A stretch of 64,000 bases of DNA from a bacterium (GTDB taxonomy: Bacteria; SAR324; NAC60-12): NCBI GenBank assembly GCA_965205865.1, contig CBDBHR010000030.1:1024001-1088000 (forward strand), in the 5' to 3' direction. Both the position numbers and the translations under genes were made by a program. A model generated the notes under the pieces. The model made no database searches. It worked only from the letters and a program-made list of their open reading frames with translations, and had not been told where the DNA came from. Each line of letters starts with the position of its first letter. Position 1 is the stretch's first letter. Positions 1 to 9,555 of this stretch are shown here, in pieces.

Positions 1-645
1 GAGGGGCGCGATAATATTGGGCAGGACATGGCGAATGAGGATTAGGCTTGTGGGGGTACCCACGGCCTGAGCTGCCAGAAAATAGTCATTCTCTTTGATA
101 GCGATCACGGCGCTTCTGATCACTCGGGAGCCGCTGATGCCTCCGGCGATCCCCAGCACCAGTATCATCTGTGGCAAACCCCGCCCCGCTATGGACATTA
201 TCGTCAACAAGACGAGCAGTCCCGGGAACGCCATCCAGGCATCGACAAATCGTTGCGCAGTCAGGTCCAATTTACCCCCAACGAATCCGGAAATGCCGCC
301 TATCAGGAGAGCGACGACCACATTAACCGTGGTCGCGGCCAGACCGACCAGTATGGAAAGACGAGCCCCGACGATCAGGCGGCTCAAGAAGTCTCGCCCC
401 AACTGGTCGGTCCCCAGCAGATACTGGGTTGATGGGCCCTGCAGCCGGTCTTCCAGGTGCATTTTATCATAACGATAAGGAGCCAGAACATCGGCGAAGA
501 TCGCTACAAAAATCAAGATCAAGATGATAATCCCGCCGAAGGTGCCCAGGGGTTTTTCCTTGAGAAGCCTGATGAAGAGATCCACAAACCAACCCCGTCG
601 TTTGGGCTCACTTACTGCCGAGGGTATCTCTTGCGTGTTGTTCAT
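1..645 (-). CDS. Peptide/nickel ABC transporter permease (DppC/OppC-like), runs off the left edge
   Basis: Manual translation from ATG at 645: MNNTQEIPSAVSEPKRRGWFVDLFIRLLKEKPLGTFGG...LLGTDQLGRDFLSRLIVGARLS, a typical OppC motif; lies downstream of the DppB-like gene. Confidence 0.9.
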   Translation of the reverse strand, partial: MNNTQEIPSAVSEPKRRGWFVDLFIRLLKEKPLGTFGGIIILILIFVAIFADVLAPYRYDKMHLEDRLQGPSTQYLLGTDQLGRDFLSRLIVGARLSILVGLAATTVNVVVALLIGGISGFVGGKLDLTAQRFVDAWMAFPGLLVLLTIMSIAGRGLPQMILVLGIAGGISGSRVIRSAVIAIKENDYFLAAQAVGTPTSLILIRHVLPNIIAPL

Positions 646-667
646 ATCCTTGATTTTTCTATAATTC

Positions 668-930
668 AGTCCTGGAGGGACGAAAGGAAGTAGCCCAGCG
701 ATTCATCGCTGGGAAAGGTAACCCCCCCCCCTCCTCAGCTAGTCCCAGAGGGACGACACTTCTTCGATCTAGCGAGTTACTGCCAAATATAACGCTCATC
801 AAATTCAAGATTATGCTTGCATGGGACATGAAACCTCATTGTTGTGTCGTCCCTCCGGGACTTTGAAGGAGACTGTCTTTTGTTCCCAGCGATGAATCGC
901 TGGGCTACTTCCTTTCGTCCCTCCGGGACT
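668..930. mobile_element. Non-autonomous REP/RAYT (IS200-like) element remnant with nested inverted repeats
   Basis: 48-bp inverted repeats at 668-715 and 883-930 (1 mismatch), inner IR pair 741-759/844-862, enclosing the minus-strand peptide KHNLEFDERYIWQ*, which resembles the C-terminus of REP-associated tyrosine transposases. Confidence 0.7.
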
Positions 931-1090
931 TCTTCTGACAGACGAATCTCAAACCTACATTTACCAGAAACGCACGATCCGTCTTGGCTGGGGCGTAACC
1001 GGAATGCCGATGGTGCCCATGCGTCGGACCGGGCATCCCGACCACCGGCCCTACCTAACAGGGCGGCGTTCCGCTTCAATCTAATCCCCT

Positions 1091-2056
1091 TTATTTATAC
1101 CGGATCCTGGGGTCCAAATAGGGATAAATCAGGTCGATCATCAGATTGACCGCGATCACCACGGTGGCGAAAAACAGGTTGACTCCGGAGACCACCGGGT
1201 AATCTCTGTTGGTGAGCGCAGTCAGCAGAAGACGACCGAGCCCCGGCAGGTTAAAGATGTACTCCATGATCACGGAGCCCCCGACCAGGAGAGGCAACTG
1301 CAGGCCGACCAGGGTCACGATCGGGATGAGGGCATTTTTGATGGTGTGCCGGATCACTACGACCCGCTCCCGGAGCCCCTTGGACCAGGCCGTTCGGATG
1401 TAATCCTGCCGCAACACCTCCAGCATCATCGTGCGCGTCATGCGCATGGTGGCCGCCGACATGGCCGTCCCCAGAATCAGGCTGGGAATGAAGAACACCG
1501 CGAGATTGCCCAGCGGGTCTTCGGAGAAAGGAATCAGCTCCGTCGGGGGCGACCAGCCCCACCAGATGGCCGGGAAGATAATGACCATCAGGGCCAGCCA
1601 GAAGTTGGGCGTGGCCAGGCCGATGATGGCGATGGTGCGCCCCGCGTAGTCGGCGGCCGTATCCTGGCGTATCGCCGAGTAGATGCCGACGGGCAGGGCT
1701 ATCAAGAGCGAGATTACGATTGCCAGGAGGCCCAGCTCAATGGTGACTGGCAATCTATCTAATATCTTCTTCTCGATCGCATAACCGCCCAGCAGTGATT
1801 CGCCAAGGCTGCCGTGCAGGAGAATATCTCTGATCCAGCGTCCATACTGGACGTAGACAGGCACGTCCAATCCCAGCATACGCTCAACCGCTTCACGGTC
1901 AATGTCCTCGCCGCCAGTGCCATACCATTCCATCCTACCCACTATTAAATCCACGACGTCGCCCGGGATGAAGCGCACCGAGAGAAAGACCAGGATAGTC
2001 AGGATGAACAGGGTGGGGATGAGGAGCAATACTCTTCTGATGATATAGGCTCTCAT
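1091..2056 (-). CDS. Peptide/nickel ABC transporter permease (DppB/OppB-like)
   Basis: Multi-TM; FIPGD, YIRTAWSKGL (EAA loop), NRDYPVV, LDPRI motifs. Confidence 0.93.
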   Translation of the reverse strand: MRAYIIRRVLLLIPTLFILTILVFLSVRFIPGDVVDLIVGRMEWYGTGGEDIDREAVERMLGLDVPVYVQYGRWIRDILLHGSLGESLLGGYAIEKKILDRLPVTIELGLLAIVISLLIALPVGIYSAIRQDTAADYAGRTIAIIGLATPNFWLALMVIIFPAIWWGWSPPTELIPFSEDPLGNLAVFFIPSLILGTAMSAATMRMTRTMMLEVLRQDYIRTAWSKGLRERVVVIRHTIKNALIPIVTLVGLQLPLLVGGSVIMEYIFNLPGLGRLLLTALTNRDYPVVSGVNLFFATVVIAVNLMIDLIYPYLDPRIRYK

Positions 2057-2062
2057 GGGAAA

Positions 2063-2096
2063 CCCCCTCCCCTAACCCCTCCCGCCAGGGGAGGGG
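2063..2096. repeat. REP-like GC hairpin (cccctcccctaacccctccc...ggggagggg); second copy at 16267-16300
   Basis: Palindromic intergenic sequence between the SBP and permease genes; same class as the hairpins inside 46673-47075. Confidence 0.65.
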
Positions 2097-2119
2097 AAAC
2101 AAGGTTTTAACATGGCTTT

Positions 2120-4015
2120 CTAATGCCCCATTTCTTTCTTCAGGTCCTGGTCAATCCAGAGACGGGTGAAGGGGGTATTATGTTGACCGACTCCCAACCA
2201 GAGTTCACCGTTATAACCTTTGACCCACGGCTGGTGCGCGTTAAACTGTGGGGTTTCGGGACCCCATATTGTCCAGTGCCTCTCTATCCCGTACATATTC
2301 AACTCCCTGACCATCCTCTGCTGCTCCTCAACGTCGGCAGTAGCCAGGGCGGCTTCAAACAAGGCGTCATATTCCGGTTCAGCTATTCCCCGCCAATTGC
2401 CTGGAGATTTCGAGTAATACTGGCGCATTGTCTCGACAGGTATCCACCTGCCGCCCGTTGCCCAAGCCCATAAACCTTCATAAGTCCCATCGTTTCTCAT
2501 CGGGATGGCCGCTTGTGAATCCATGAGATTAATCTCTGCCTCGATGCCAATCTCACGCCAGTATGCGACGGCTAATTCCAGGTAGTTCAGGTCGAACCGA
2601 TACGTGCCGTTCAGGACGGTCTTGAATCGAATGCCGTCCGAACCGAGCGGAAACCCAGCCTCATCAAGCAGCTTCCCGGCCCCTTCCGGGTCATAGGTAT
2701 AGCCTTTCCTGACCTCTTCGGGCCACTCTGCAAATGGGGTGGTATACCCTTTGATGTCTGCCGCCAGCAGCCCGGCAGGTTCCCAGTTTCCATAACCCTT
2801 AAAGAAGGTACGGTTAATAGTCTCGAGGTCCAGTGCCATCTGCATGGCCTTGCGCACCCTGATGTCGTCAAGGGGCGGCTTATCCACCACGTTAAAAGTG
2901 AAAGCATTATCCGAGCGATACCAATACGAGTGAAACACGAGTTCGGGATTGGTCTTCTTGAGGCTCTCTACCTGGTCGATAGACCTGAGTTGAGAGTCGC
3001 CGGGGGTCCCTGCGTAATCAACCTTAGCCGAGCGTAGTGCCGCTACGAATACGGCTGGTTCCGGCATAACCGCGCCCCTCAACTGGTCAATATAGGGCAG
3101 GCGATTCTCCGGGTATTTTTCGTCAAAGCCCCAGTAGTTGGGATTCTTGTCCCAGGTGATAGAGCTGTCCTCGACGAAGTCCGTCAGCATAAAAGGCCCG
3201 GTGCCGACCAGGTTCCTCCAATCCTTAACGTCGCCGTATTGCTCGAATACCTCGGGAGGGTACATAAAAGCATTGTAGTGGTCGACAATAAAGAACAGCG
3301 CAAGGGGCTGTGGCTCTTTCAGCTTCATCACAACCGTCGAATCATCGGTGGCCGTTATCGATTCCCACTGATAAGTGTGCAGTGGTCCAAACATGGTGCT
3401 ATGTTCGGTGAAGCCGCTGCCCAGACCCATCATGCGGTGAAAGTTATATTCGACGTCCTTGGCCGTAAATGCTCTGCCATTCATGGGGGCCTTGTCATGC
3501 CAGTGAACGCCCTGGCGGATTTTGAAGACATAGGTCAGCGGGTCGGGTTGCGACCAGCTTTCCGCCAGCGCCCCTTTTAAACCACTGAGAGGGACGTAGG
3601 TGGTTTTCCAGTCAACCACGTCCCGATCTATTCCCCAGTCCGCGATGCTGAGCTTCTCCAGCACGCCACTGATGAAGTGGCTCGCCCAGCCACTAATCAA
3701 ATAGACGTCCGTATGCTCACCAACCTGCTTGCGCACATAGGTCAATGTCCCGCCATACTCCGGCGCAGTCACCATATCACCGGTGGTGGGGTCTTTGACC
3801 ATTTTCTTCTCAGCCGCGACGGCTGAACTGACCCCGAGGACGGCCACCATCAGGGTCAGGATTAAAATAATCAATAATGATTGGATTGTTCTGATTTTTC
3901 TTTTTTCCATGATTCCTCCGCTTTCGTTTTGATTTGGGTTATGATTTTTTGGACGTTCCATTACTCCTCCTTTATTAGATGCGAATTGATTTTTATTGAT
4001 TTTATCTTTCATCAT
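2120..4015 (-). CDS. ABC transporter substrate-binding protein, family 5 (copy 1); probable start 3910
   Basis: Signal peptide, PEYGGTL, LAESW, IRQGVHWHD, GTGPF, D.RVRKAM motifs. Confidence 0.93.
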   Translation of the reverse strand: MMKDKINKNQFASNKGGVMERPKNHNPNQNESGGIMEKRKIRTIQSLLIILILTLMVAVLGVSSAVAAEKKMVKDPTTGDMVTAPEYGGTLTYVRKQVGEHTDVYLISGWASHFISGVLEKLSIADWGIDRDVVDWKTTYVPLSGLKGALAESWSQPDPLTYVFKIRQGVHWHDKAPMNGRAFTAKDVEYNFHRMMGLGSGFTEHSTMFGPLHTYQWESITATDDSTVVMKLKEPQPLALFFIVDHYNAFMYPPEVFEQYGDVKDWRNLVGTGPFMLTDFVEDSSITWDKNPNYWGFDEKYPENRLPYIDQLRGAVMPEPAVFVAALRSAKVDYAGTPGDSQLRSIDQVESLKKTNPELVFHSYWYRSDNAFTFNVVDKPPLDDIRVRKAMQMALDLETINRTFFKGYGNWEPAGLLAADIKGYTTPFAEWPEEVRKGYTYDPEGAGKLLDEAGFPLGSDGIRFKTVLNGTYRFDLNYLELAVAYWREIGIEAEINLMDSQAAIPMRNDGTYEGLWAWATGGRWIPVETMRQYYSKSPGNWRGIAEPEYDALFEAALATADVEEQQRMVRELNMYGIERHWTIWGPETPQFNAHQPWVKGYNGELWLGVGQHNTPFTRLWIDQDLKKEMGH

Positions 4016-4016
4016 T

Positions 4017-4722
4017 TCTCCTTTTTCAGAAGTGATTTTTTTTTGATTTTACGTCTCATCCTGTCTCCTTTCATAAGAAATGACCGGTAAACCGGTGCGG
4101 TTAAAAAAATATTTTGGAGAGGATCCATCGTTTTCACATCTCCTTCCCTAAAACAACAAAGCATGATCTTAGCGCAAATATTATGAAGCCTCAAGCCCCA
4201 AATGAAAAAAAATGCGGAATTCGCAAAAAAAATTAAAAATCAATAAATCTCCTTTTTCAGAAGTGATTTTTTTTTGATTTTACGTCTCATCCTGTCTCCT
4301 TTCATAATAAATGACCGGTAAACCGGTGCGGTTAAAAAAATATTTTGGAGAGGATCCATCGTTTTCACATCATCTCCTTCCCTAAAATAACAAAGCATGA
4401 TCTTAGCACTACTATATTATTATGAAGCCTCAAGCTCCAAATGAAAAAAAATGCGGGATTCGCAAAAAAAATAAAAAATCAATAAATCTGCTCAAATCCG
4501 GGGACAGTCAGAAGCCGTTCAGTTCAATAACGTTGAAAAAGATTCCCAAGGAGGATCAATCGCTTTAACGTCCTCCCACGCCTATTTTGAATCGATCGAG
4601 CGGGAACCTTCTCCTTCCTTTAAACAACAAGGCATAATTTTATCAATTCAACTACGCAACCTCAAGTCCCAAATGAAAAAAAATGCGGGATTCGCAAAAA
4701 AATTTAAAAACAACCAAATCTC
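4017..4722. repeat. Tandem ~230-bp imperfect repeats upstream of the SBP gene (two near-identical units plus a diverged third)
   Basis: 4017-4247 repeated at 4248-~4490; motif aaatgaaaaaaaatgcgg(a/g)attcgcaaaaaaa recurs near 4201, 4439 and 4671. Confidence 0.85.
4166..4194 (-). promoter_or_regulatory. Putative sigma70 promoter facing the SBP gene (TTGAGG-N17-TAAGAT)
   Basis: 17-nt spacing; equivalents at 4637-4665 (TTGAGG-N17-TAAAAT), 18372-18400 and 18643-18672 (TTGACA-N18-TACAAC). Confidence 0.55.
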
Positions 4723-5142
4723 AATGAAGGAGAGGATTGATTTTTTTTGAAAATGTAGGATGGTAAATGGCTGGGTTGGGGGGGATTCTCGTAAAATAGA
4801 GGCATTTTCCGGAAAATACGTCTGGAATCCTTATACTTCAACCCGAGTTGAAGCGATTCTGGAAAAGCAGCAGCTTTTTAAGATGATTTTCGCGCCCGGG
4901 GAATCCAATCATTTGAATTTGAGTGGTATTTTGATATCGGATCTCATAAAAGTCTTGTCTCCTTGACAGATGCGTCCAAGATCAAACTTGATGTTTCGGG
5001 CCAAAATCGGCATTTTGTAATCTTTGTTCAAAAGAAAATCCATTGTCATGAGGAGAAGGCAATGGCATATGCATGCGGAAAATACCGCATGGGATGCGGG
5101 TTGCATATTTCGTTCTTGTCTCTTTTCAAAATCATATCTGAA

Positions 5143-7026
5143 ATGTCGACTATTAATAAATTTCTCAGCTTCTCCAGACGTCCCACACGGGTTGTTTCGC
5201 TGGGGTCACTGAAAATTGGAGGCGCAGAGTCCATTTGCATTCAATCCATGCTCACTTCCAACACCAGCGATCTCCCTCGGGTTCTCGAGGAGATTACGAC
5301 TCTTGCTGCTGCCCGTTGCAGGTTGATTCGTATCACGGTACCCAATCAGCGCGCCGTGGAGAGTTTACCAGCCATCCGCCAGGGTATGGAAGAACGAGGA
5401 ATTGAGATTCCGTTGGTAGCCGACATTCACTTCAACCCCAAACTGGCAATCGACAGCTGTGAATTTGTCGAGAAAGTTCGCATCAATCCGGGCAATTATG
5501 CGGACCGCAAGCGCTTTGAAATCCGCGAATACAGCGAGGCTCAGTATCAAGAGGAGCTGGAGCGGATTGAAGCAAGTCTGCTACCCTTGATCGCCAATCT
5601 GAAAAAATATAGCCGCGCCGTACGGATCGGCACCAATCATGGTTCCTTGTCCGACCGGTTACTCAATCGCTATGGAGACACGCCACAGGGGATGGCTGAA
5701 TCCGCTTTGGAATTTGTCCGCATCTTCCGCAAACACCATTTCAACGACATCATCCTCTCCATGAAATCCTCCATCCCCTCGGTGATGATACAGGCATACC
5801 GACTTCTGGTGGTTCGGATGGAACAAGAAGGGATGGACTATCCCCTGCACCTTGGCGTGACCGAAGCGGGCAATGGATTGGATGCCCGCATCAAAAGTGC
5901 CATCGGTATTGGCAGCCTGCTGATGGATGGGATAGGGGACACGATCCGGGTATCCTTGACGGAACCTGCAGAAAATGAAATTCCTGCTGCTCAATCAATT
6001 TTGCAAGGGCTGACTTGTTTCCGCAAGGAATCACCGGCCTGGCAAAATATAGTTTATGAGACCCCAATTTCGATTTCAAAACGCGCCACGCAGCCTGTCG
6101 TATTTAAACAAAAAAATGATGAATGTTTCACATCCTTACAATCCTTTCAAGCAGTCACGGTGGGGGGAGAAGCGCCTTTTGCATTCCTGGGAATCAGCAG
6201 CGGCGCGATCAAGAATCAAGAGTCCGCTTTTTTTGACAAGGTTTTAAGCATGCCACCCGGCGGAAGGACCGCAACATCCGATATTCTGCTATTTGAAGCA
6301 TTGCCCTCATCTTGGCGGGAGAAAAACAGCATCGTCGAGAGGGAGATCCCGCCGGTCATTCTTATGGAAGATCAGCAAATCGGAGAAAATGATTTTTCCG
6401 GAAAACTGGGCCTGTTGAGACGACAAAACGAAGCCAAACTTCTGCTGGTGCAAGGTTTCCAGCCACTTTTAGCGGTAAGATTTTTAGTGCAGTTGTTGCA
6501 AAATTGGAGATTGGACTGGCCTGTGGGGATCATTGCGTCGGATGGGGATGATTCCCGGCGTTGGTCTGGTTTGGCGGCGCAAGTGGGAAGTTTGATCGTA
6601 GACGGGCTGGTCGATTGTCTGGTTTGTCCCACGATCAAAACCGGAAAACCCATTTTCCGGTTTTGCCAGACGTTGCTACAAGCAACCCGTGCCCGGCTTT
6701 TCAAAGCGGATTTTATTTCCTGTCCTTCTTGTGGCCGCACTTTTTTTGATTTACAAACCACGACGGATGCTATCAGAGCATGCACGCAACATCTCAAAGG
6801 GATTAAAATAGGCGTCATGGGATGCGTCGTCAATGGTCCGGGAGAAATGGCGGATGCGGATTTCGGCTACATCGGTGCGGGAGAAGGAAAAATCAACCTC
6901 TATCGGAAACAGGAATGTGTGGCGCGTAACATTCCGCAAAACCAAGCTGTTGAGCATCTGATTGAATTGATCAAAGCAGATGGGAGATGGGTCGCGCCTC
7001 CCGGGGAATTATTGAATGAGCAATGA
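5143..7026 (+). CDS. ispG: (E)-4-hydroxy-3-methylbut-2-enyl diphosphate synthase, long form with central insertion
   Basis: PLVADIHF, KVRINPGN, RIGTNHGSLS, LHLGVTEAG, GDTIRVSLT, ISCPSCGR, MGCVVNGPGE; the ATG at 5143 is preferred over the TTG at 4963. Confidence 0.97.
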   Translation: MSTINKFLSFSRRPTRVVSLGSLKIGGAESICIQSMLTSNTSDLPRVLEEITTLAAARCRLIRITVPNQRAVESLPAIRQGMEERGIEIPLVADIHFNPKLAIDSCEFVEKVRINPGNYADRKRFEIREYSEAQYQEELERIEASLLPLIANLKKYSRAVRIGTNHGSLSDRLLNRYGDTPQGMAESALEFVRIFRKHHFNDIILSMKSSIPSVMIQAYRLLVVRMEQEGMDYPLHLGVTEAGNGLDARIKSAIGIGSLLMDGIGDTIRVSLTEPAENEIPAAQSILQGLTCFRKESPAWQNIVYETPISISKRATQPVVFKQKNDECFTSLQSFQAVTVGGEAPFAFLGISSGAIKNQESAFFDKVLSMPPGGRTATSDILLFEALPSSWREKNSIVEREIPPVILMEDQQIGENDFSGKLGLLRRQNEAKLLLVQGFQPLLAVRFLVQLLQNWRLDWPVGIIASDGDDSRRWSGLAAQVGSLIVDGLVDCLVCPTIKTGKPIFRFCQTLLQATRARLFKADFISCPSCGRTFFDLQTTTDAIRACTQHLKGIKIGVMGCVVNGPGEMADADFGYIGAGEGKINLYRKQECVARNIPQNQAVEHLIELIKADGRWVAPPGELLNEQ

Positions 7027-7077
7027 TCAGGTGTCGAGTATGAAAATCCTGTTTAAAACCTGCGCCCAAAAGGAAAA

Positions 7078-8265
7078 ATGTCTATTGCCGAGAATGTGAA
7101 AGCCATGATGGAGACGGCATCATGGGTTCGTGAAATGTTTGAAAAAGGCCGACGCTTGAAAGAAATTCATGGTGAAGAGCAGGTCTTTGATTTTTCCCTG
7201 GGTAATCCTGTCATCGAACCCCCTGAACGGGTTTATCAGGTCTTGAAACAATTATTGCAAGCACGCCAACCCGGAGGCCACCGTTACATGCCCAATGCGG
7301 GACTCCCGGAGACCCGCGCCTTCATCGCGCAAACCCTTTCGCAGGAGACGGGATTCCCCTTTGAAACCGGAGATATCGTCATGTGCGTCGGTGCGGGAGG
7401 GGGTTTGAACTCATTGCTGAAAGCTCTGCTCGATCCGGGAGAAGAAGTGCTGACCTTGGCACCCTATTTCGTGGAATATGGCGTCTACGCTCAAAATCAT
7501 GGCGGAGTTCTGCGGGTTGCTGAAACCAATGAAATCTTTCAGATCGATTTTCAGCAAGTCCGTGAAACCCTCACTCCGCAAACCAAAATCATGCTGGTCA
7601 ATTCCCCCAACAACCCCACTGGAGCTGTTTATTCTCAGGAGCATATGAATCAGTTGGGAAAATTGCTGGCAGAAAAGGAGCAGGAATATGGTCACGCCAT
7701 TTATCTGGTTTCTGACGACCCCTACCGGCATCTCCTTTTCGACGGTTTGAAACCCTGCGACATTTTTCAAAGTCATACCAATGCAGTACTGGTCACCTCC
7801 CATTCCAAAGATCTGGGCCTGCCGGGAGAACGCATTGGATTCGTAGCGTTACATCCGGAAATCGAGGAACGCGCCAACCTGCAAAACGCCCTGACCCTCA
7901 CCACTCGTATTCTCGGATTTGTCAACGCCCCCGCCCTCATGCAGAGAATCCTGCCCCACCTCCAAGGCGCAAAAGTTTCCGCGGATGCCTATCAGCGTTT
8001 GAGGGATGTCTTCTGTGATGGTTTGTTGAAGATGGGATTTGACCTGACCGTTCCACAGGGTACGTTCTACGTCTTTCCCAAATCTCCGATTCCCGATGAC
8101 GTTGTATTTGTCAAAGAAGCCTTGACTGAAAATATTCTACTGGTACCTGGTTCCGGCTTTGGCAGAGCGGGTTATTTCCGCATTGCTTATTGCTGCGCTG
8201 AAGAAACCATCCACCGCGCCCTCCCCCATTTTGAAAGACTGGCACGGAAATTCGGGCTTTGCTGA
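7078..8265 (+). CDS. PLP-dependent class I/II aminotransferase (aspartate aminotransferase-like)
   Basis: NSPNNPTG, DDPY, SHSKDLGLPGERIG motifs. Confidence 0.93.
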   Translation: MSIAENVKAMMETASWVREMFEKGRRLKEIHGEEQVFDFSLGNPVIEPPERVYQVLKQLLQARQPGGHRYMPNAGLPETRAFIAQTLSQETGFPFETGDIVMCVGAGGGLNSLLKALLDPGEEVLTLAPYFVEYGVYAQNHGGVLRVAETNEIFQIDFQQVRETLTPQTKIMLVNSPNNPTGAVYSQEHMNQLGKLLAEKEQEYGHAIYLVSDDPYRHLLFDGLKPCDIFQSHTNAVLVTSHSKDLGLPGERIGFVALHPEIEERANLQNALTLTTRILGFVNAPALMQRILPHLQGAKVSADAYQRLRDVFCDGLLKMGFDLTVPQGTFYVFPKSPIPDDVVFVKEALTENILLVPGSGFGRAGYFRIAYCCAEETIHRALPHFERLARKFGLC

Positions 8266-8564
8266 CATCACCCGCGATTGCTTTGCTTCTTAATTTAATT
8301 GTTCCACTTTCCCCGCTTCGTCTCAAGAGCATGGTCAAAGTTCAAGCGATTCTAAAGCACCGCTTTTCCATTGACCCAATGTCACCGGAGACACTAACGG
8401 CGTCGCCTCGTCCCTTGCCGTAGCGGTGTCGCGGCGCGGGTCGGATATGACTGGCGCCCTTGCAACGAACCGGTGGAGTGTCGGACGGCGGCAGCCGTCA
8501 CCTCAAATGAGGTACGGACGGTACTGAAAGAGGACGGTCTGCACCGTTTTGTTGGGCATTTTGA

Positions 8565-8800
8565 TTAATATGGAGGCTCAGCCGGGCCTTGATAACCACA
8601 CATACCAAGTCTGGGAGAATTGACCAGTGGTAACGGTTCACCATATTCCTGGTGTGGATGTCCATCAGCATGATTGTCACATAAGAAACCAGCCTCGTCA
8701 TGTTCTTAGAGACATTCCATACACAGCCATGAAGCAGGTTGGTCACATTCGATACAACCAGCATCTGGTAATTCATTACGAGTCATTAAAAATACGGGTA
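8565..8800 (-). pseudogene. C-terminal remnant of a Cys-rich conserved hypothetical protein
   Basis: Manual translation: RNELPDAGCIECDQPASWLCMECL*EHDEAGFLCDNH...PLVNSPRLGMCGYQGPAEPPY*; internal stop, no N-terminus. Confidence 0.6.
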
Positions 8801-8849
8801 GTCACCCTCTTAAGTGTTGTTTCGGTACAACAGCGAAGAGGAGCGACCT

Positions 8850-9194
8850 GATCGTGTGTGCCTGCCGTGCCAAGTTGGCGGCCATCGCCGGAGTTTGTTG
8901 AATCCACTGGGTTTTTCCAGCTTGCCGGCTGGGTTTTCTCAGGGACTTGTGCAAGCGCACAAAGTTGTAGTAGAGGTCTTCTCATGCGGTTGAAACTGCC
9001 AGCATCCGGACTTTTTTTGAGAAAGCGAGCGATTTTCTCACAAGCCGTCCGTTAAAATGCCTCATGGTGAGGTGCTTTCTCTCGCCATAAGCGGTGTTTT
9101 CTCCGAGCAACTGCCGGACGGCCTGCTCGGCGCCAAAGACGACTTTGGCCTCAATCTCCATCAAGCGGCCCCGCTTGTCACGATGCTTGATCAT
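8850..9194 (-). mobile_element. IS1-family-like transposase C-terminal remnant
   Basis: TAYGERKHLTMRHFNGRLVRKSLAFSK...*EDLYYNFVRLHKSL...TPAMAANL with an internal stop. Confidence 0.7.
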
Positions 9195-9385
9195 TCTACA
9201 ATCGCGATTTCTTCCGGGCTCAGCCTATATAGATCGTTGGCTGTCTGCTTCTCTTTGGGAAACCCCTGCTCGTTGACCAGGCATTCAGGGCTGATAAAAC
9301 TGAAGCGACAGCGATCCTTACCATTATCATGGTAATAAACAGCGAGTGCGCCATCAAGCCCGTTTTGCCAGCAATGCGTTGACAA
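9191..9385 (-). pseudogene. Internally deleted remnant of a type IIG R-M gene
   Basis: DGALAVYY...RFSFIS matches the N-terminal part of 39589-40425; LYRLSPEEIAIVE matches the C-terminal LYELTPEEI of 36897-37508. Confidence 0.7.
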
Positions 9386-9555
9386 CCAGACACCTGACGA
9401 TGCGTGTTTTCCCCGTCAAATCTTTCCGCAATCAGCTTAAGCTTGATTAGCCCGTGATGTTAGAGCATAATTTATTACTAAAGTTGCCAATTGCGTGAAC
9501 CACCTCGCAAACTCTGTTATTTTACGGACTGAAATCGAACCAATTGGAATTTGAA

